Positions 13,500 to 27,215 of a DNA stretch of 64,000 nucleotides are shown here, in pieces; the stretch's first letter is position 1, and every line of letters begins with the position of its first letter. A program made the translations under genes and the position numbers. Origin of the DNA: Tubiluchus corallicola (Eukaryota; Animalia; Priapulida); contig JAQGDQ010000623.1 in the NCBI GenBank assembly GCA_030141605.1, positions 1 through 64,000 on the forward strand, read 5' to 3'. Below the pieces are notes generated by a model, which was given only the letters and a program-made list of their open reading frames with translations, was not told the origin of the DNA and ran no database searches.

Positions 13500-13845
13500 A
13501 TCTTGGCAGTATGTCATACCCATGACCGATTAGCATCTTGAACCACTTGAAGTTCGTCGAATACACAGTCTGATCTGACAATGTGTTTTTTAATATAACA
13601 TGGAAACAGTGTTATAAACAAAGACGTATTTTTTTATCAAAGCACTTTTTATCTAATGTAACCAAGTGTCACCGTTTAAAGTTTCAACCCATTAACTGCC
13701 GACTTGATTGTTTTAAAAACTTTTTCTCAAACAAAATAATTAAAATATGGAATCAACTCTCTCAGCCTGTCGGCGGTGCCCCCTTGGTCTGTGCTCAGAG
13801 AGTCACAAACTTTAAAAAAACGTTTACAAGACGTAAATCTTAATA
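13500..13845 (+). mobile_element. Highly decayed CR1-group LINE 3' remnant
   Basis: LEPLEVRR and FFSNKIIKIWNQL motifs resemble the CR1 C-terminus (LE.RR; FF..RV...WN.LP). Confidence 0.55.
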
Positions 13846-13999
13846 ATCATTTATCTTTTAATTGGTAAGTAGCTTTCCTCTTTGTGCTTTCAACCGTAAT
13901 CTTTTAACTAACCATTTTATCTGTAAAGTTTATATCTGTGCTGTATATACGTTTTATCTTAGTTTCATATTGTATTCCCCTGCCAGCATTACATTTTTA

Positions 14000-14140
14000 T
14001 ATTATATACAATATACTGTATATACTATACTATATATATACTATACTATATATATATATACTATATATATACTATACTATATATATATATATATATATAC
14101 TATATATATACTATACTATATATGCTATATTTATATACAA
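14000..14140. repeat. (TA)n/(TATAC)n microsatellite
   Basis: Direct reading. Confidence 0.9.
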
Positions 14141-14965
14141 TATTTTATACTTTCTTGTAAATATTGTTCCTGGGTTCGACTCGGTGGATAGCCTTATGGC
14201 CAGCCATCGGTGATGCGGGTAAGCGCTGCATAACAGACACTCCAGAATTTAAACAAAAGAAACAACAAAACCAAAACTCAGAATTCAAAAGGGACGGCTG
14301 AGAAGAATAACACAATAGAAAAAAAACATGATTGACAATGCTTCAAACCTTACGGAATCCACGACACTCGGCAGGCAGACAGGAGAAGTGCATTCCACGA
14401 CAACCAGAAGACAACAGCCGATGTCACGTGTGCGTTCTTTCCACAGGAAACCACTGCTCAACCAATCGCAGGTAATGTTATGGGCTTCCTAGTTTAAAGT
14501 TGAGGTCATAACATTACCTGTAGGTTGAAGAACTGTGCAATGCACTTTCACCTGTTCAGCTCAATATTTTTGACATTTTTTTAAAAATATTAAGTATTAA
14601 ACTAGGTGAGAACATTTGAACGTGAGTCTGAAAACGGTACATCCGGCAGAAAGGCCGAGTACCACGAACTTAGACACTGCTCAGCTTAAATGAACCAGCG
14701 ACTATATTTCCTTTACCAGGAAAATGAATGGTCCATTGTTGATTAATGGAACGCATAATGTTGGCACGCACACCATGCTTTGCCAGTAGTGCATATCACA
14801 GAATCACTTAGCAGCTAGGCTATGATGAATGACAATGGCAAGCGGTTTTCCACTATAGATTACAATGTACATCCAGTAGATGCAAATGAGAATTCCATTT
14901 TAGTGGTTTCAGTTAAAATTTAATGAAGCCAGTGGTAAATTGCGGTATGCACGTCATCACTGTTT

Positions 14966-14986
14966 TCATCATCATCATCATCATCG

Positions 14987-15076
<90 letters not shown>

Positions 15077-15167
15077 GCATCATCATCATTTTCATCGTCG
15101 TCGAATATCGTCATCATCTTTACCATAATCATCATCGTCGTCGTCATCGTCATGGTCATCATCATCA
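14966..15167. repeat. (ATC)n microsatellite; others at 5305-5400, 8698-8805 (GAT), 17355-17521 (GAT), 17834-18035, 23730-24030, 30340-30858, 37790-37990, 38611-38700 (GAT)
   Basis: Direct reading. Confidence 0.97.
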
Positions 15168-15367
15168 ACTAAAAGTGACCAGGTAAAGTAAATGCAAGGA
15201 AAAATACTACAAAGGAGGCTGTAGCCTTTATACAGAACTAAGTTCCGATCCCGTCACCACCATCTCGATAAGTAATCATTGCCATTGAGTGACGAATTTC
15301 ATCTTACAGAGTTCTGAGGTGCTTAAATACTCGTCAGATGTAGCAAAGAGAGCCATATGCCTAGTTA

Positions 15368-15820
15368 CCATTTTCCCGTGTATAAGAGACCCTTTTTTGC
15401 TCAGAATTTTCACTTTAAAAATAGGGGGTCTCTTATACATGGGAGTAAGTCTTTTCAATAAGATGCATAAATTGTGACACTAATGATTTTAAAGAAATAA
15501 GTGCTCTACAACTGTTTTGCGTGTCGCGTTCGACTATGAAGCGGTTGTAAGCAATACAAGCATCGTGACACAGGCATTATCTCCTCGTTTTCTCTTTTCC
15601 TGTTACAGGTTTGCAGGTACGCACTTTAATATATACCAGTACTCTTTTTCTACAACACATTAACTGGTTTTATTTTGTTTTCAGTACCGCACTGAGTTGA
15701 AAAAAGTTGTACTTTACCCTCTAAAAATGTCCGTCTGAAAAAACTTTTTTCCAGAATTTTTGCCTAAAAATTGAAGGGGTCTCTTATACACAAGGGTCTC
15801 TTATACACGGGAAAATACGG
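15368..15820. mobile_element. Tc1/mariner(pogo)-type MITE, TA TSD
   Basis: ta|CCATTTTCCCGTGTATAAGAGACCC ... GGGTCTCTTATACACGGGAAAATACGG|ta, with repeated subterminal GGGTCTCTTATACA motifs. Confidence 0.88.
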
Positions 15821-16317
15821 TAATTTGGAACGCAAAGGGTTGCAAACATTTGCTAAATTTCAATTGGTTTATTTTGGTGTAATCCTCACTATTTGTATCT
15901 GATACATTTTATGTAAGTGAAGCCGCAAGAACGTGATGCCATCAATGGCTTCAAACGCGTGACAGAAAAGCATTCATACGTGGCAGGGGATTCATGCTTC
16001 CAGAAAAGTTGTAAAATATTCACGAGACGAGACGCAGTTCCTTTAATTAACCCCACGAGTTTATAATCCAGAAATTTGTAAGCAAACATGACGAGTGTCT
16101 AGAACGAGAAGCGACTGTAGTTGGAATTGAAAGATGATGCAGCTGATAGAACTCTTTAAAGAGAGATTGTCAGAGAGCGAAAGAGAGAGAGAGATTGAGA
16201 GAGGAAGAGAGAAAGAGAAAGAAAGAAAGGAAAAGAGAGAGAGATTGAGAGAGGAAGAGAGAGAGAGAGAAAGAAAGGAAAAGAGAGAGAGAAAGAGAGA
16301 GAGATTGGGAGAGAAAG

Positions 16318-16348
<31 letters not shown>

Positions 16349-16467
16349 GAGAAAGAGAGAGAGACAAAGAGAGAGAAAGAAAGAGAGAAAGAGAGAGAGA
16401 GAGAGAGAAGAAAAAGAGAGAGGGAGAGGGGAAGGAAAAAACAAAGTGAGGAAGAGGGAAAATGACG

Positions 16468-16512
<45 letters not shown>

Positions 16513-16951
16513 GAAATGGAGGAGGCAGTTTGATAGTTTAACAAGTTAAATCAGACGTTATTGACATATTATTTATCATGGCGGTCTTGTGAAGCCAGTT
16601 ATTATTTGCCTGACAAATGCTCAAAACAGCGCCCTCGTGCGTATTTTTCTTCAACCTTTTACCAAATAATGAGGCAATTAAAACTCATGTTGCTTGATCT
16701 TTCAGATTAGAAGGCAATTTTCTGCTTAATTGATTAGTAGTCTGCTTTATTGAGTGGAAATTATTGACAAAATTATGTTATGGAAATTTCTCCATAATTG
16801 CCTTTTAATGTCGTATAAAAACTAGAAAAATTGATCCATATAATTCACTGCTGTACGCTTTTATTTGCAAAACAATTTGGTCTTTGTTTAAGAAGAAGTT
16901 TCTCAATCACGTAAAATATAAAGACGTAAGCGGACGTGTCCATTAAAGGCA

Positions 16952-17248
16952 GTGCGTGACCGTTGGGACTCGAATCCGGACCCTCTGCTTTGTCGGGCAG
17001 CTATGCTAGATAGACAACACCACAATGACATGCTGAGTGGGACTCGAACCCAGATCTTCTGCTTTTCTCGCGTCTATGCTAGTCATTATACCACAGAAGC
17101 AAATTGACTGGGACTCGAAATCAGGTCTTCTGCTTTTCTCGCGTCTATGCTTGCAGATATACCACAGACGTGCATTGAACGGGACTCGAACCCAGGTCTT
17201 CTGCTTTCCTGGTGAAGCTTATGCTGCCTACAACACCACAGAGGCATG
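16952..17248 (-). pseudogene. Four head-to-tail degenerate tRNA-Gly-like units
   Basis: The B-box complement GGGACTCGAA is at 16965, 17039, 17110 and 17181. The minus strand reads TGTGGT..TAGCATAGCTGCC..AAGCAG..GG(G/A)TTCGAGTCCC, like metazoan tRNA-Gly(TCC). Anticodon loops are degenerate. Confidence 0.72.
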
Positions 17249-17848
17249 CTGACTTGCCAGGAATAAGCTTGCGTAAACATCAAGACAGATTTTTTTAACT
17301 TTATGTAAGAATTGCATTTTCTTGTCCTTAATCTAAACTACTGACTATTATATTGATGATGATGACAATGACAACGATGATGACGATGGGGACGACGACG
17401 AAGACGACGATGACAACGATAATGATGAGACTGATGATGACGATGATGATGACGATGATGATGATGATAACGATAATTTTGAGACTGATGATGACGACGA
17501 CGATGTTGATGATGATGATGACAAGCCAATTCACTGTTACATGCATTTCACTTTTTAGATGGACACAGCGGTTGTATCTCAGAATGTACACAAAAAATGA
17601 TGATGAGTGCCAAACTCAGAATTTAATTTTCAAAACTTAAATTTGCCATGTTTCACACTAAATGTTGTATTTTCGCTTTCACAAGCACGTGCAACATGCT
17701 TATGAAATGTTTGTTTGTACTGTTAAAAATCGTGTTCAATTTTCACCTCATCACTTGCTGTTCTCGCCGACCATTACTTAAATTTTTAAGCTATTGCTTA
17801 ATGTAACATAACTAAACATAATGTTTTGTAATGCGATCATCACCATTG

Positions 17849-17938
<90 letters not shown>

Positions 17939-18385
17939 ACATTATCAGTTTCATAATCATCATCGTCGTCATCATCATCATTATCAGTTTCATAATCATC
18001 ATGAATTTCATCATCGTCATTATCATCATCATCATTTGTATTAAGCTCTAGGAAAAAAATGAAAAAAACGAAAAAGAGGGATTAATTGAGATAATTTCTG
18101 TTTTTTTCATTGCAATAATTTATCTTTTTCTCTAAGAAATCACGGATTTTCATTATATCACACACAAGAGAGCAAAACTACCCAAACGACCCATAAATGA
18201 AGGAAGTGTGGGCACTTTTACACCACATGTCCTTTGCAGAATAATATCAGAGCCCTTTTCGCAACGATAATAAAAGTTGCTACATTTTTTCCATTTGTGC
18301 TAGAATTTTTATGCTATTATTAGTTAACAACATGTTCTTCAATTCTTGTTGATCTTATATAAAGAGTTAATAAAATAAATCAGAT

Positions 18386-18620
18386 AGCCTTTTCACAGTT
18401 CCAGCGATTGATGATGATCGTGAAAAGTTCAAAGGTTAAGTGAACCAGACAATGCATTTGTGTACACTTTACAATGCCTCGCATTCCATGCTGTTGTAAC
18501 AGAGACAGTTTTAACAGCTAGCTAGAACCTTGCCTAGTTCATTTTTTCTTCTTCTCAAGCAAGATCCTGCTTGTAAATCACTCTATGCGTAGACTACAGC
18601 AATTTGAGCAAAATAAAGGA
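18386..18620 (+). mobile_element. Family A MITE, partial
   Basis: Starts AGCCTTTTCACAGTTCCAGCGATTGATGATGATCG. Confidence 0.85.
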
Positions 18621-19004
18621 CCATTCACACAACGTAAAAGCAGTAGATTTTAAATTATTTTTCCGTTTCTGTTATTTTTGCCGCGTCATGTTTTCTTGCT
18701 GTAAACATTGATAAGTGGCTACACGCTACTCTTCTCTCAGTGATAATAGCAAATCTAATGGTGTAATTGAAACTATTTCTCCTCTGTAGCACTTTTCCTG
18801 TGTTAAGTGCACTCTCCGTAGATTAGTTCAGCAATGTACCTGTGCCATGTTATAGAATGAGAGAAAGCGTTGATTAAATTTCTGATTGTCAATAAAGCAG
18901 AATTAAAAGCCCATTTAATCCAATTTACTGATCTGCGCCCATGCACGAAATGTAAGTTCAAATATGCGTTCAAATCATAGACGCAAATCTTTCTTTCCCT
19001 CACC

Positions 19005-19056
<52 letters not shown>

Positions 19057-19139
19057 GTCCCTTTCTGTCTCTCTGATTCCTCTTTTTTCACTCTCTCTTT
19101 CTCGTTGCTCCATACCCGTCCTTTTCATATTTTCTCGCT

Positions 19140-19197
<58 letters not shown>

Positions 19198-19644
19198 CCT
19201 TCTCTCTCCTTCTGCCTCCCTCTCCACTTCCTCTTTTCTCTATCTCCCTTCCTCTTAGTCATCTTTCTTCTCACAGTGTGTGGCAATTTCTCAGATCTTC
19301 ACTATGTCTTTTTAACATCATTCCCTCTTCAGAATATCCACACGTGCCACACCAATGTATGTTTCAAACATCAAAGATGTTATTGACCAAATGCTTTTAG
19401 AGGCTAGGATTTCTCACTTTGCTCTGTAATATCGTAATGTGGTCACGTGATAGCCTGACAGGTAACCAGGTGTAAAGATGTACGTAATAGCTAATTAGCT
19501 AATGTACCTCAAATTACATCATATGATGTATTTGTGCATATGAGTGCTAGTTTGGTACAGCAGGGACAACTGAGACTTGTAAAGGCAAGAATCAGAGTGA
19601 GGAAGAGAAATTTAACTTGAGACTTGAGAGGAAAGTGAGATAAT

Positions 19645-20008
<364 letters not shown>

Positions 20009-20482
20009 GGATGGGGGATGTAGTTCCTTGGTGACCTTACAAACTCCAATGATTTGCAGACAAGTTACGCATCTGCACCACACGCAAGGTTTCGTCTCAA
20101 ATATTCGCGGATATTTTTACTTTCCAGCATCAAATAACTTGTCTATTATTGAATCAAGCGAATGTCCTCGCGATAAAATGCGAGATTTAGCATAAATATT
20201 CATCGCTAAAGCCTATTTGCTCAAGTATCATTATCGCGTAACACACGTTTTTCAGGAAGGAAAATTGTTAAATCGATGTTGGTAAAATTGACTGTTGGAT
20301 TCTTTTGTTAAGGAAGTGAATATTCGCCAAGAATGAAGAATTAATGCTTGTCCTGCGTTTAGGGTGATAGTAGCAATTCGTTTGTCATGGTGATATCTGT
20401 AATGTGAATTGATCATTGAACTTTTAGTGTTGTCATACAAGGTATTTTATTACGTAAGATTTTGCAGCTAGTGAAGTTAAAT

Positions 20483-20891
20483 GATTGCAATTGTGTTTGT
20501 GATTGTGATTGTGGTTGTGGTTGTGATTGTGATTGTAACTGTAATTGTAATTGTAATTGTAATTGTATTCTCTTTGTTCTTGTGATTGTGATTGTATTTG
20601 TGTTTGTGGTTGTGGTAGTGGTTTTTGTAGTAATTGTGATTGTGAGTGTAATTGTAATTGTAAGTTTAACTGCTATTGTGATTGTCATTTTCTTTTCCAC
20701 TGTGTTTGTAATTGTAATATTGTAACTGTAACTGTAACTGTAATTGTTATTGTGATTGTTGCTGTGATCGTAGTTGAAAGTTTAATTGCGATTGCGATTG
20801 CCATTTTCATTTTCTTTGCGATTGTAATTGTATTTGTAACTGTAATTGTAACTGTAGCTTAAGCTGTAGCTGTAATTGTAATTGTAATTGC
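20483..20891. repeat. (TGTAAT/TGTGAT)n hexamer tract
   Basis: Direct reading. Confidence 0.93.
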
Positions 20892-21097
20892 GACTGGAAG
20901 AGGGAATATAGTAATATAGTCATATATATTTCGTTTGCTCGTCAATCTGTAATTCCGTAATTGGCCTTGTAAACAAGTTTGGCCCAAAGTTTGAGCCAAA
21001 TCATAGTCACAGTTACAATAACAATCATAATCACAGCAACACTAACAATCACAGTTACAATTACAATGCTGTCACAATCGTATTTTCAATTCAAATA

Positions 21098-21440
21098 AGC
21101 CTTTTCACTGTTCCAGTGATTTATAATGATCGTGAAAAGGTCAAAGGTTAAGTGTACTAGACAAAGCATTTGTGTACAGTTGACAACGCCAAGCAGCTCA
21201 CATTGTGTAATAGTAACAGTTTTAACAGTTAGCTAGAACCTTACCTAGTTCATTTTTTCTTAATCCAAAGCAAGATCCTTCTAGTAAATCATTCTGTGCA
21301 CAGACAAACGCATAATTAAGTAAATTTCACGTACAACAACTGAAGTTACAGAACAGACGGTTTTGCTTTACTCACATGACGGCTGTTGTTAAGACGCGGT
21401 GTTGTGGTACACGTAACCTTTGACCTACAGCAATTACGCA
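21098..21440 (+). mobile_element. Family A MITE, nearly complete, inserted in an (ACAATT)-type hexamer tract
   Basis: ta|AGCCTTTTCACTGTTCCAG...CCTTTGACCTACAGCAA, with hexamer repeats on both sides. Confidence 0.87.
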
Positions 21441-21965
21441 TTACGTGCTTACAATTACAATTACCATTACACAATTACAATAACTTTTACATTTGCATTC
21501 AAACTTACATTTACAGGGGGTGAAATATCTCAGTTTTCTCCATTCCAATATGCAATAACTCCAAAGTGAAAGTCGTTTCCTGTAATCGACTTTGATAACA
21601 TGAATGGTTTTGATTTGTTTCGCAAGAGAAAAGGCAGCTTTCTTCTTCAAATTGAGACGACTGACTATAATTCTAAAATTGTTCCTGATCCGATTCGGCC
21701 ATATTTTCGGTTTATGTGAAATCGTATTATTAGCTCTGCACCGGGGAGTTCATATTAAAAACAGCTAGAGATTTGAATGCAAACCATTATTGCACGATGC
21801 AGTTTCTATATATTTTCGTCTTCATCGTCATCATCATCGTCATCATCATAATCGTCACGGTCACTTTCACTGACATATTCTATTACTTGGATAGTTTTTC
21901 ACACTAATCATCAATACAAGCCAGACATAAGAATGCATATTGTATAGCTAATGTTAAACTGTATA

Positions 21966-23098
21966 TTAAACGACGTAATTTTGCTGATAGTCAATTTGTA
22001 AATATGTAAAATATACGCTCAAAGTTATATTTTATTCTTGCATCTGTAGTTTAGATTTTTCACTTACGCATTTGCCTCCAAGAGTGTATGTTTTTTAATT
22101 TTCACCAATGAGTGTCTTAATGTTTCGTTATGCCTCCCAATAAAGATGTTACTTACTCACTCACAAGAGCTAATTGGTGATAGGGAAGACGAATTCTTAA
22201 AATGAATATAACAACCAGCATCAGCTTAAGCAAAGGCATGCTATTATTCAGACACAAACATCTGCAGCGTTTTGACCCGTTATGGTCATGTTCACGCAAT
22301 AATTCACCTAAATAAAAATGATAAAAATCAACATTTTGAGAAGCAAACAAGACAAATACCAACTCTGTAAATTCGTGTGAAAAATAAGAGATCGTGTGAA
22401 TTGTTGCAGACGTCTGTGTCTGAATAAAAGCCATGTCTTTGCTTAAGTTGATGCAGGCTGTTATTCTCATGTTAAGAATTCGTTTTCCCATCACTAGTTA
22501 GCTCTAATAAGTAAGTAACATCTTTATTTCTCATAATAATAATGTGATGCCGTCTATGATAGCAAGGATTCATAATTAACTAAAGAAAATTATAAAAAAG
22601 AAAAGAAAGAAAAACAGTAAAATGAAACACTTAGCAACAGTTTGTACCTGACACTTACGCGTTGAGTCGAAATGCAAACCAATGGGTTAAACCAAAATTA
22701 CTGAATCACGACTGACTTAATAACAGCAACCAAGAAGAGAAAAACAAAAAGGAAACTGAAGCCGAACATGGCCGTGAACGCACTGCCCTCGAATCTACGA
22801 GAACAGGTTACACGCTCGAGAAAATTGGCCTAGAAAACTGAGCTCTGATTGGCCCACGCAATTTTACATTCAATACACTGCATTTTCACGAAGCCCTTGA
22901 CGGTTTAATCCTGCGACCCGCCACAATAATGAGAATCATAAAAAAATATTAAGATACTCAATAAGAAAAGTTAAAAACATAACGTATGGAGGCAAATGCG
23001 TCAGTGCAGGTGCAAAAAATAAAATATAATTTTAAACTTAAACTTTACATATTTTACACATTTGCGAACTGATTATAAGCAAAATTAAGTCATTTAAC
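21966..23098. repeat. Outer degenerate inverted repeat, arms ~21966-22103 and ~22966-23098, TTAA at both ends
   Basis: ACGCATTTGCCTCCA vs TGGAGGCAAATGCGT, and TGTAAAATAT vs ATATTTTACA. Confidence 0.75.
22140..22528. repeat. Inner ~390-bp foldback nested in the outer inverted repeat
   Basis: AATAAAGATGTTACTTACT vs AGTAAGTAACATCTTTATT; GCATCAGCTTAAGCAAAG vs CTTTGCTTAAGTTGATGC; TTATTCAGACACA vs TGTGTCTGAATAA. Confidence 0.9.
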
Positions 23099-23734
23099 AT
23101 GGCCTGGGGTAAATGAATTCTACATTAGTGTGTAAGCATCATTTTGGTAAGCTGGACAGTTAAATCTTGACATCATTAATGCTTTTAATCATTATCAATT
23201 TTCACTGGTTATTACTTCCAGTGTGCTTCAACATTCATTGGTTAGTTCAACGTCTCATTTCTTCCTCTTTCAATCTCCTCCGCTGCTTCCATTTTAATTG
23301 CAATTAACGTACAGTTGTTGTTTAATATTAATCAAGATTTAGCAGCAGCATTGTGCAACCTGCACTGCATGTCTAGCTTGTTTGCAGTGCAGTTCACATG
23401 CTGCAATTCTATACGCAGCATTAATAATATATGACTACACGTTGAACTGTCGGCTAATGGCTGGACGCAGCAAGCATTACAAGCAACCAGGAGGACTGGC
23501 TTCTACTGTTGCGAAGACGTGTAAGTGTTGTTGGGCCACCAGAGGGCTGGCTTCTTCTGTTGTTACTTATGCCAAGACTGCGGCTCGTTCTGTTGATGAA
23601 ATTTTTGAAAATCAGTTGTACCTGTGAGCCATAACAGAGCAACCATGAATAGTTAATGCTTGTTAGTTTACAGCAGTTAGGGTAATTAAGTGGATTTGTA
23701 TATAGATCTTGCATATTTATTATTGTCGCCATCG

Positions 23735-23769
<35 letters not shown>

Positions 23770-23786
23770 GTCATCAGCACCACAAC

Positions 23787-23825
<39 letters not shown>

Positions 23826-23852
23826 TATCAATTTCATCATCATCTCATCATT

Positions 23853-23894
<42 letters not shown>

Positions 23895-23911
23895 GTCATC
23901 AGCACCACAAC

Positions 23912-23948
<37 letters not shown>

Positions 23949-23959
23949 GTCATCAGCAC

Positions 23960-24007
<48 letters not shown>

Positions 24008-24035
24008 TATCAATATCGTCATTGTTGTCATCGAT

Positions 24036-24174
24036 CTAGGTAAGGTTTTAGTTAGCTATTACAACAGCATGTGCTCCGAGGCGTTGTCAAGTGTACCCAA
24101 ATGTGTGTGATCAGGTACACTTAACCTTTGACCTTTTCACGGTCATCGTCAATCGCTGGAACTGTGAAAAGGTT
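24036..24174 (-). mobile_element. Family A MITE, partial
   Basis: CTAGGTAAGGTTTTAG...CAATCGCTGGAACTGTGAAAAGG. Confidence 0.83.
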
Positions 24175-24372
24175 TATTGTAGCGAACCTCCTCTAAGTGA
24201 ACAGCTTGCCTAACACAAATAGCTTCATTAGTTGCAATAATATTCAATGCACTTGGTAGGTCACTTGCCGGTCGGTTACGTTCTGAACCGATTTCCCAAA
24301 TCGTATTAGTGTTAGGTCCACGACTGTGCATCCTTGATGAGTATCTCGTTTGATCGTTTGTATATTGACAAA

Positions 24373-25010
24373 CCGAAATTGTCTCTCATCCACTTAAGAT
24401 AATTACTATCAATATCCTCCTGGACCTCTTGCGTAGGACCCTGAGTTCTGTGCGCATTAAGTCTGTTTACGAGTGTAACTGTCAGTAATTTTCAGTTCAT
24501 TTAGGCGGCAGGATAGATCCTTGTGGTACACCATCACTTACTGAATAATTGATGTTTTTTCTAATTGCTGATTGCAAAAGTTTACAGCAGAGTTAAAATT
24601 CATAGATCTGATAGATCTGGATGCAGTCATATGCCATAACTTCTGAGGCATACTACCGATCCCAGCAAAAGGTTTAAAGGGAAAGAATAGCCGAAATTGT
24701 CTCTCATCCACTTTAGATTAATGTTATCAATATCCTCCAGGACCTCTTGCGTAGGACCCTGAGTTCTGTGCGCATTAAGCCTGTTTTCGAGTGTAACTGT
24801 CAATAATTTTCTGTATCATTTAGATGGCAGGATAGATCCTTGTGGTACACCATCACTTACTGAATAATTGGTGTTTTTTTTTCTAATGCTGATTGCAAAA
24901 GTTTACAGCAGAGTTAAAATTCATAGATCTGATAGATCTGGGTGCAGTCATATGCCATAACTTCTGAGGCATACTACCGATCCCAGCAAAAGGTTTAAAG
25001 GAAAAGAATA
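24373..25010. repeat. 318-bp tandem duplication containing a LINE RT remnant
   Basis: CCGAAATTGTCTCTCATCCAC at 24373 and 24691. The minus strand encodes VSDGVPQGS in each copy. Confidence 0.93.
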
Positions 25011-25011
25011 G

Positions 25012-25301
25012 CACAGTGGTAAATTTGAAATTTTAATTTTTATCTTAAAATTAGTTTTTGTATATCACACCGAATGTTTGTTTAGTGTCACTGAACTCGT
25101 TCAACTCGCTCGTGGAATATTTTTTCTGTTAGTTTGTGATGTCATGACTAGTTGGACTCGCCCGCCCTTAATTAAGTTTTTAACCTATTATTTAATTATC
25201 AGCTATCCTTTGGTAATCCTATTATTATATGTATTAAAATGTATACATTTTAGAATACTTCAAAATGGGTATGGTCTGAAAAACCGCCCTACTTTGCTTT
25301 A
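25012..25301 (-). mobile_element. Family B repeat, decayed
   Basis: CGCTCGTGGAATATTTTTTCTG..GTTTGTGATGTCATG..CTTTAA. Confidence 0.72.
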
Positions 25302-25720
25302 ATGGCTATTCCAGGGCTTCGTGCAATCATGTGTCATAATTTCAGGGACCTATACTTGCTCACTGACTGGATTTCTTTCTTTCTTTGTTATCATATCACT
25401 TCTAGAGATGCCTCGCTGCTGTTTAGAAGCTAAACTTCTCCCCAAACAAGCATTAGCGGGTTAATGAGATGACTTTTGCCCCAGAACTGATGCAATCTTT
25501 AGCTTCAGACGTGGCTTGTATTGATATTCTTTACAGATTCCCCGTTTGTAAAATTGCGTTCTGTTTTGCGGAAATTTTTTTTTGCAGTTTGGTAGACTTT
25601 AGTGCGCGCTATAATCGTCAGGTCAAGATAAATTTCATTCAATTCTATTCAGTTTATTTTTGCTTGGAAATAGCTATTACATACTAACCTGCATGGTCAG
25701 TGAGGGTTATTGTTATTCTC

Positions 25721-25778
<58 letters not shown>

Positions 25779-25880
25779 GTTTTCTATCACTCTCTCTTCC
25801 TCTCTCTCTCGCTCTCTTTTTTGGCTTCTCACCATTTTCTGTCAGACTGTCTTTCTCTCTCTCTCTCTCGCACGCACATG

Positions 25881-26070
25881 CATTCATTCATTCATTCATT
25901 CATTCATTCATTCATTCATTCATTCATTCATTCATTCATTCATTCATTCATTCATTCATTCATTCATTCATTCATTCATTCATTCATTCATTCATTCATT
26001 CATTCATTTACTCACTCACTCATTCATTCATTTATTCATTCACTCATTCACTCATTCATTCATTCATTCT
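25881..26070. repeat. (CATT)n tetranucleotide tract
   Basis: Direct reading. Confidence 0.97.
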
Positions 26071-26189
26071 TTCTTTCTTTCTTTTTTTCTTTCTTTCTTT
26101 CATTTATCTATCTATCCACCAATTCATTCATCTGTCCGTCCGTCCATCCATTCATTTATTTATTCCTTATTTCATTCATCATTTCATAA

Positions 26190-26976
26190 ATGCTATCATT
26201 CATCCAACTTTTTGCAAAGAGTAGATAAACCTGTTTTAGATGTTTTTCTGTATGAGGGTTAAGTAGTTTTATCTGTTGTGACAAGATTAGCTTCTAACAT
26301 GTATTCATTCATGCATTTCTTTATTCGTTTATCCCTTCACTCTTTCAACTCTTTTCAAATAGGCTTTTTAGAGTATTTTCTCGAGTATTTTTAGAGGTTC
26401 TTCATTGTGAGGGTTAAGCTGTCTTATGTCGTGTGACAAGATTTGTTTCCAGTTTACGTCTTTTCAGATTAAGAGTTTATTAAATTCACAGCCCCCAATA
26501 ACTGGAATAAAATAAGCGCCCAAGTAAAAATACACAAAACTATTTATAGTTTCAAAAAGTACTTGAAAAGGACCATTTTTGATACATACTTATTATACAA
26601 TTTTAATGGTTCCATGTCTCATGCAGTCGCAATATATGGCCTCCAATCAATTATAATGGTATTTTAATATACCTCTATGTAAATTAAACAAAAACGTTTC
26701 TTCGACCAAATAGTGGTCGTTTCTTCTCCTCTTTTCCTTCTTCCTATCCGTAATCTTACTATTTTTTCCATTCCATCATGTCTACTAACCCTAACCATTC
26801 TTTCATTCACTCATTTTTGCCACCTTAATAAGCCAAGCTTTCAAGGTGTCATACAGCAACTCTTTTATTTGGTTAATTTGACTTCATCAACGTTTTTTTA
26901 ACCTATACTGTTTCTTTTTGTTTCAATAATATTTTATGTTGATGCATTGTATATGTATTGCTGGAGTGAAATAAAC

Positions 26977-27036
<60 letters not shown>

Positions 27037-27215
27037 TGAAGAGATCCAACATGTTTTCATTCGTTCATATCTTTATTCATTCATTCACTCTTTCAACTAT
27101 TTTCAAAAGGGCAGATGAACCTCGGGTATTTTTAGAGGTTTTTCAACTCGAGGGTTAAGCTTCTTTATCTCGTGTGTCAAGATTAGTTTCCAGTTACGTC
27201 TTTTCGGATTAAGAG
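26190..27215. repeat. Three ~110-175-bp direct repeats, with a LINE-like 3' fragment (~26476-27033, + strand, AATAAA plus (TGAT)n tail) between copies 2 and 3
   Basis: GAGGGTTAAG..TGTGWCAAGATT at ~26254, ~26409 and ~27150. GAAATAAACTGATTGATTG from ~26968. Confidence 0.7.

Noticed and set aside
16952-17248. Functional tRNA genes
   Set aside because: Acceptor and anticodon stems are disrupted and there are no spacers or terminators. Kept only as tRNA-derived units.
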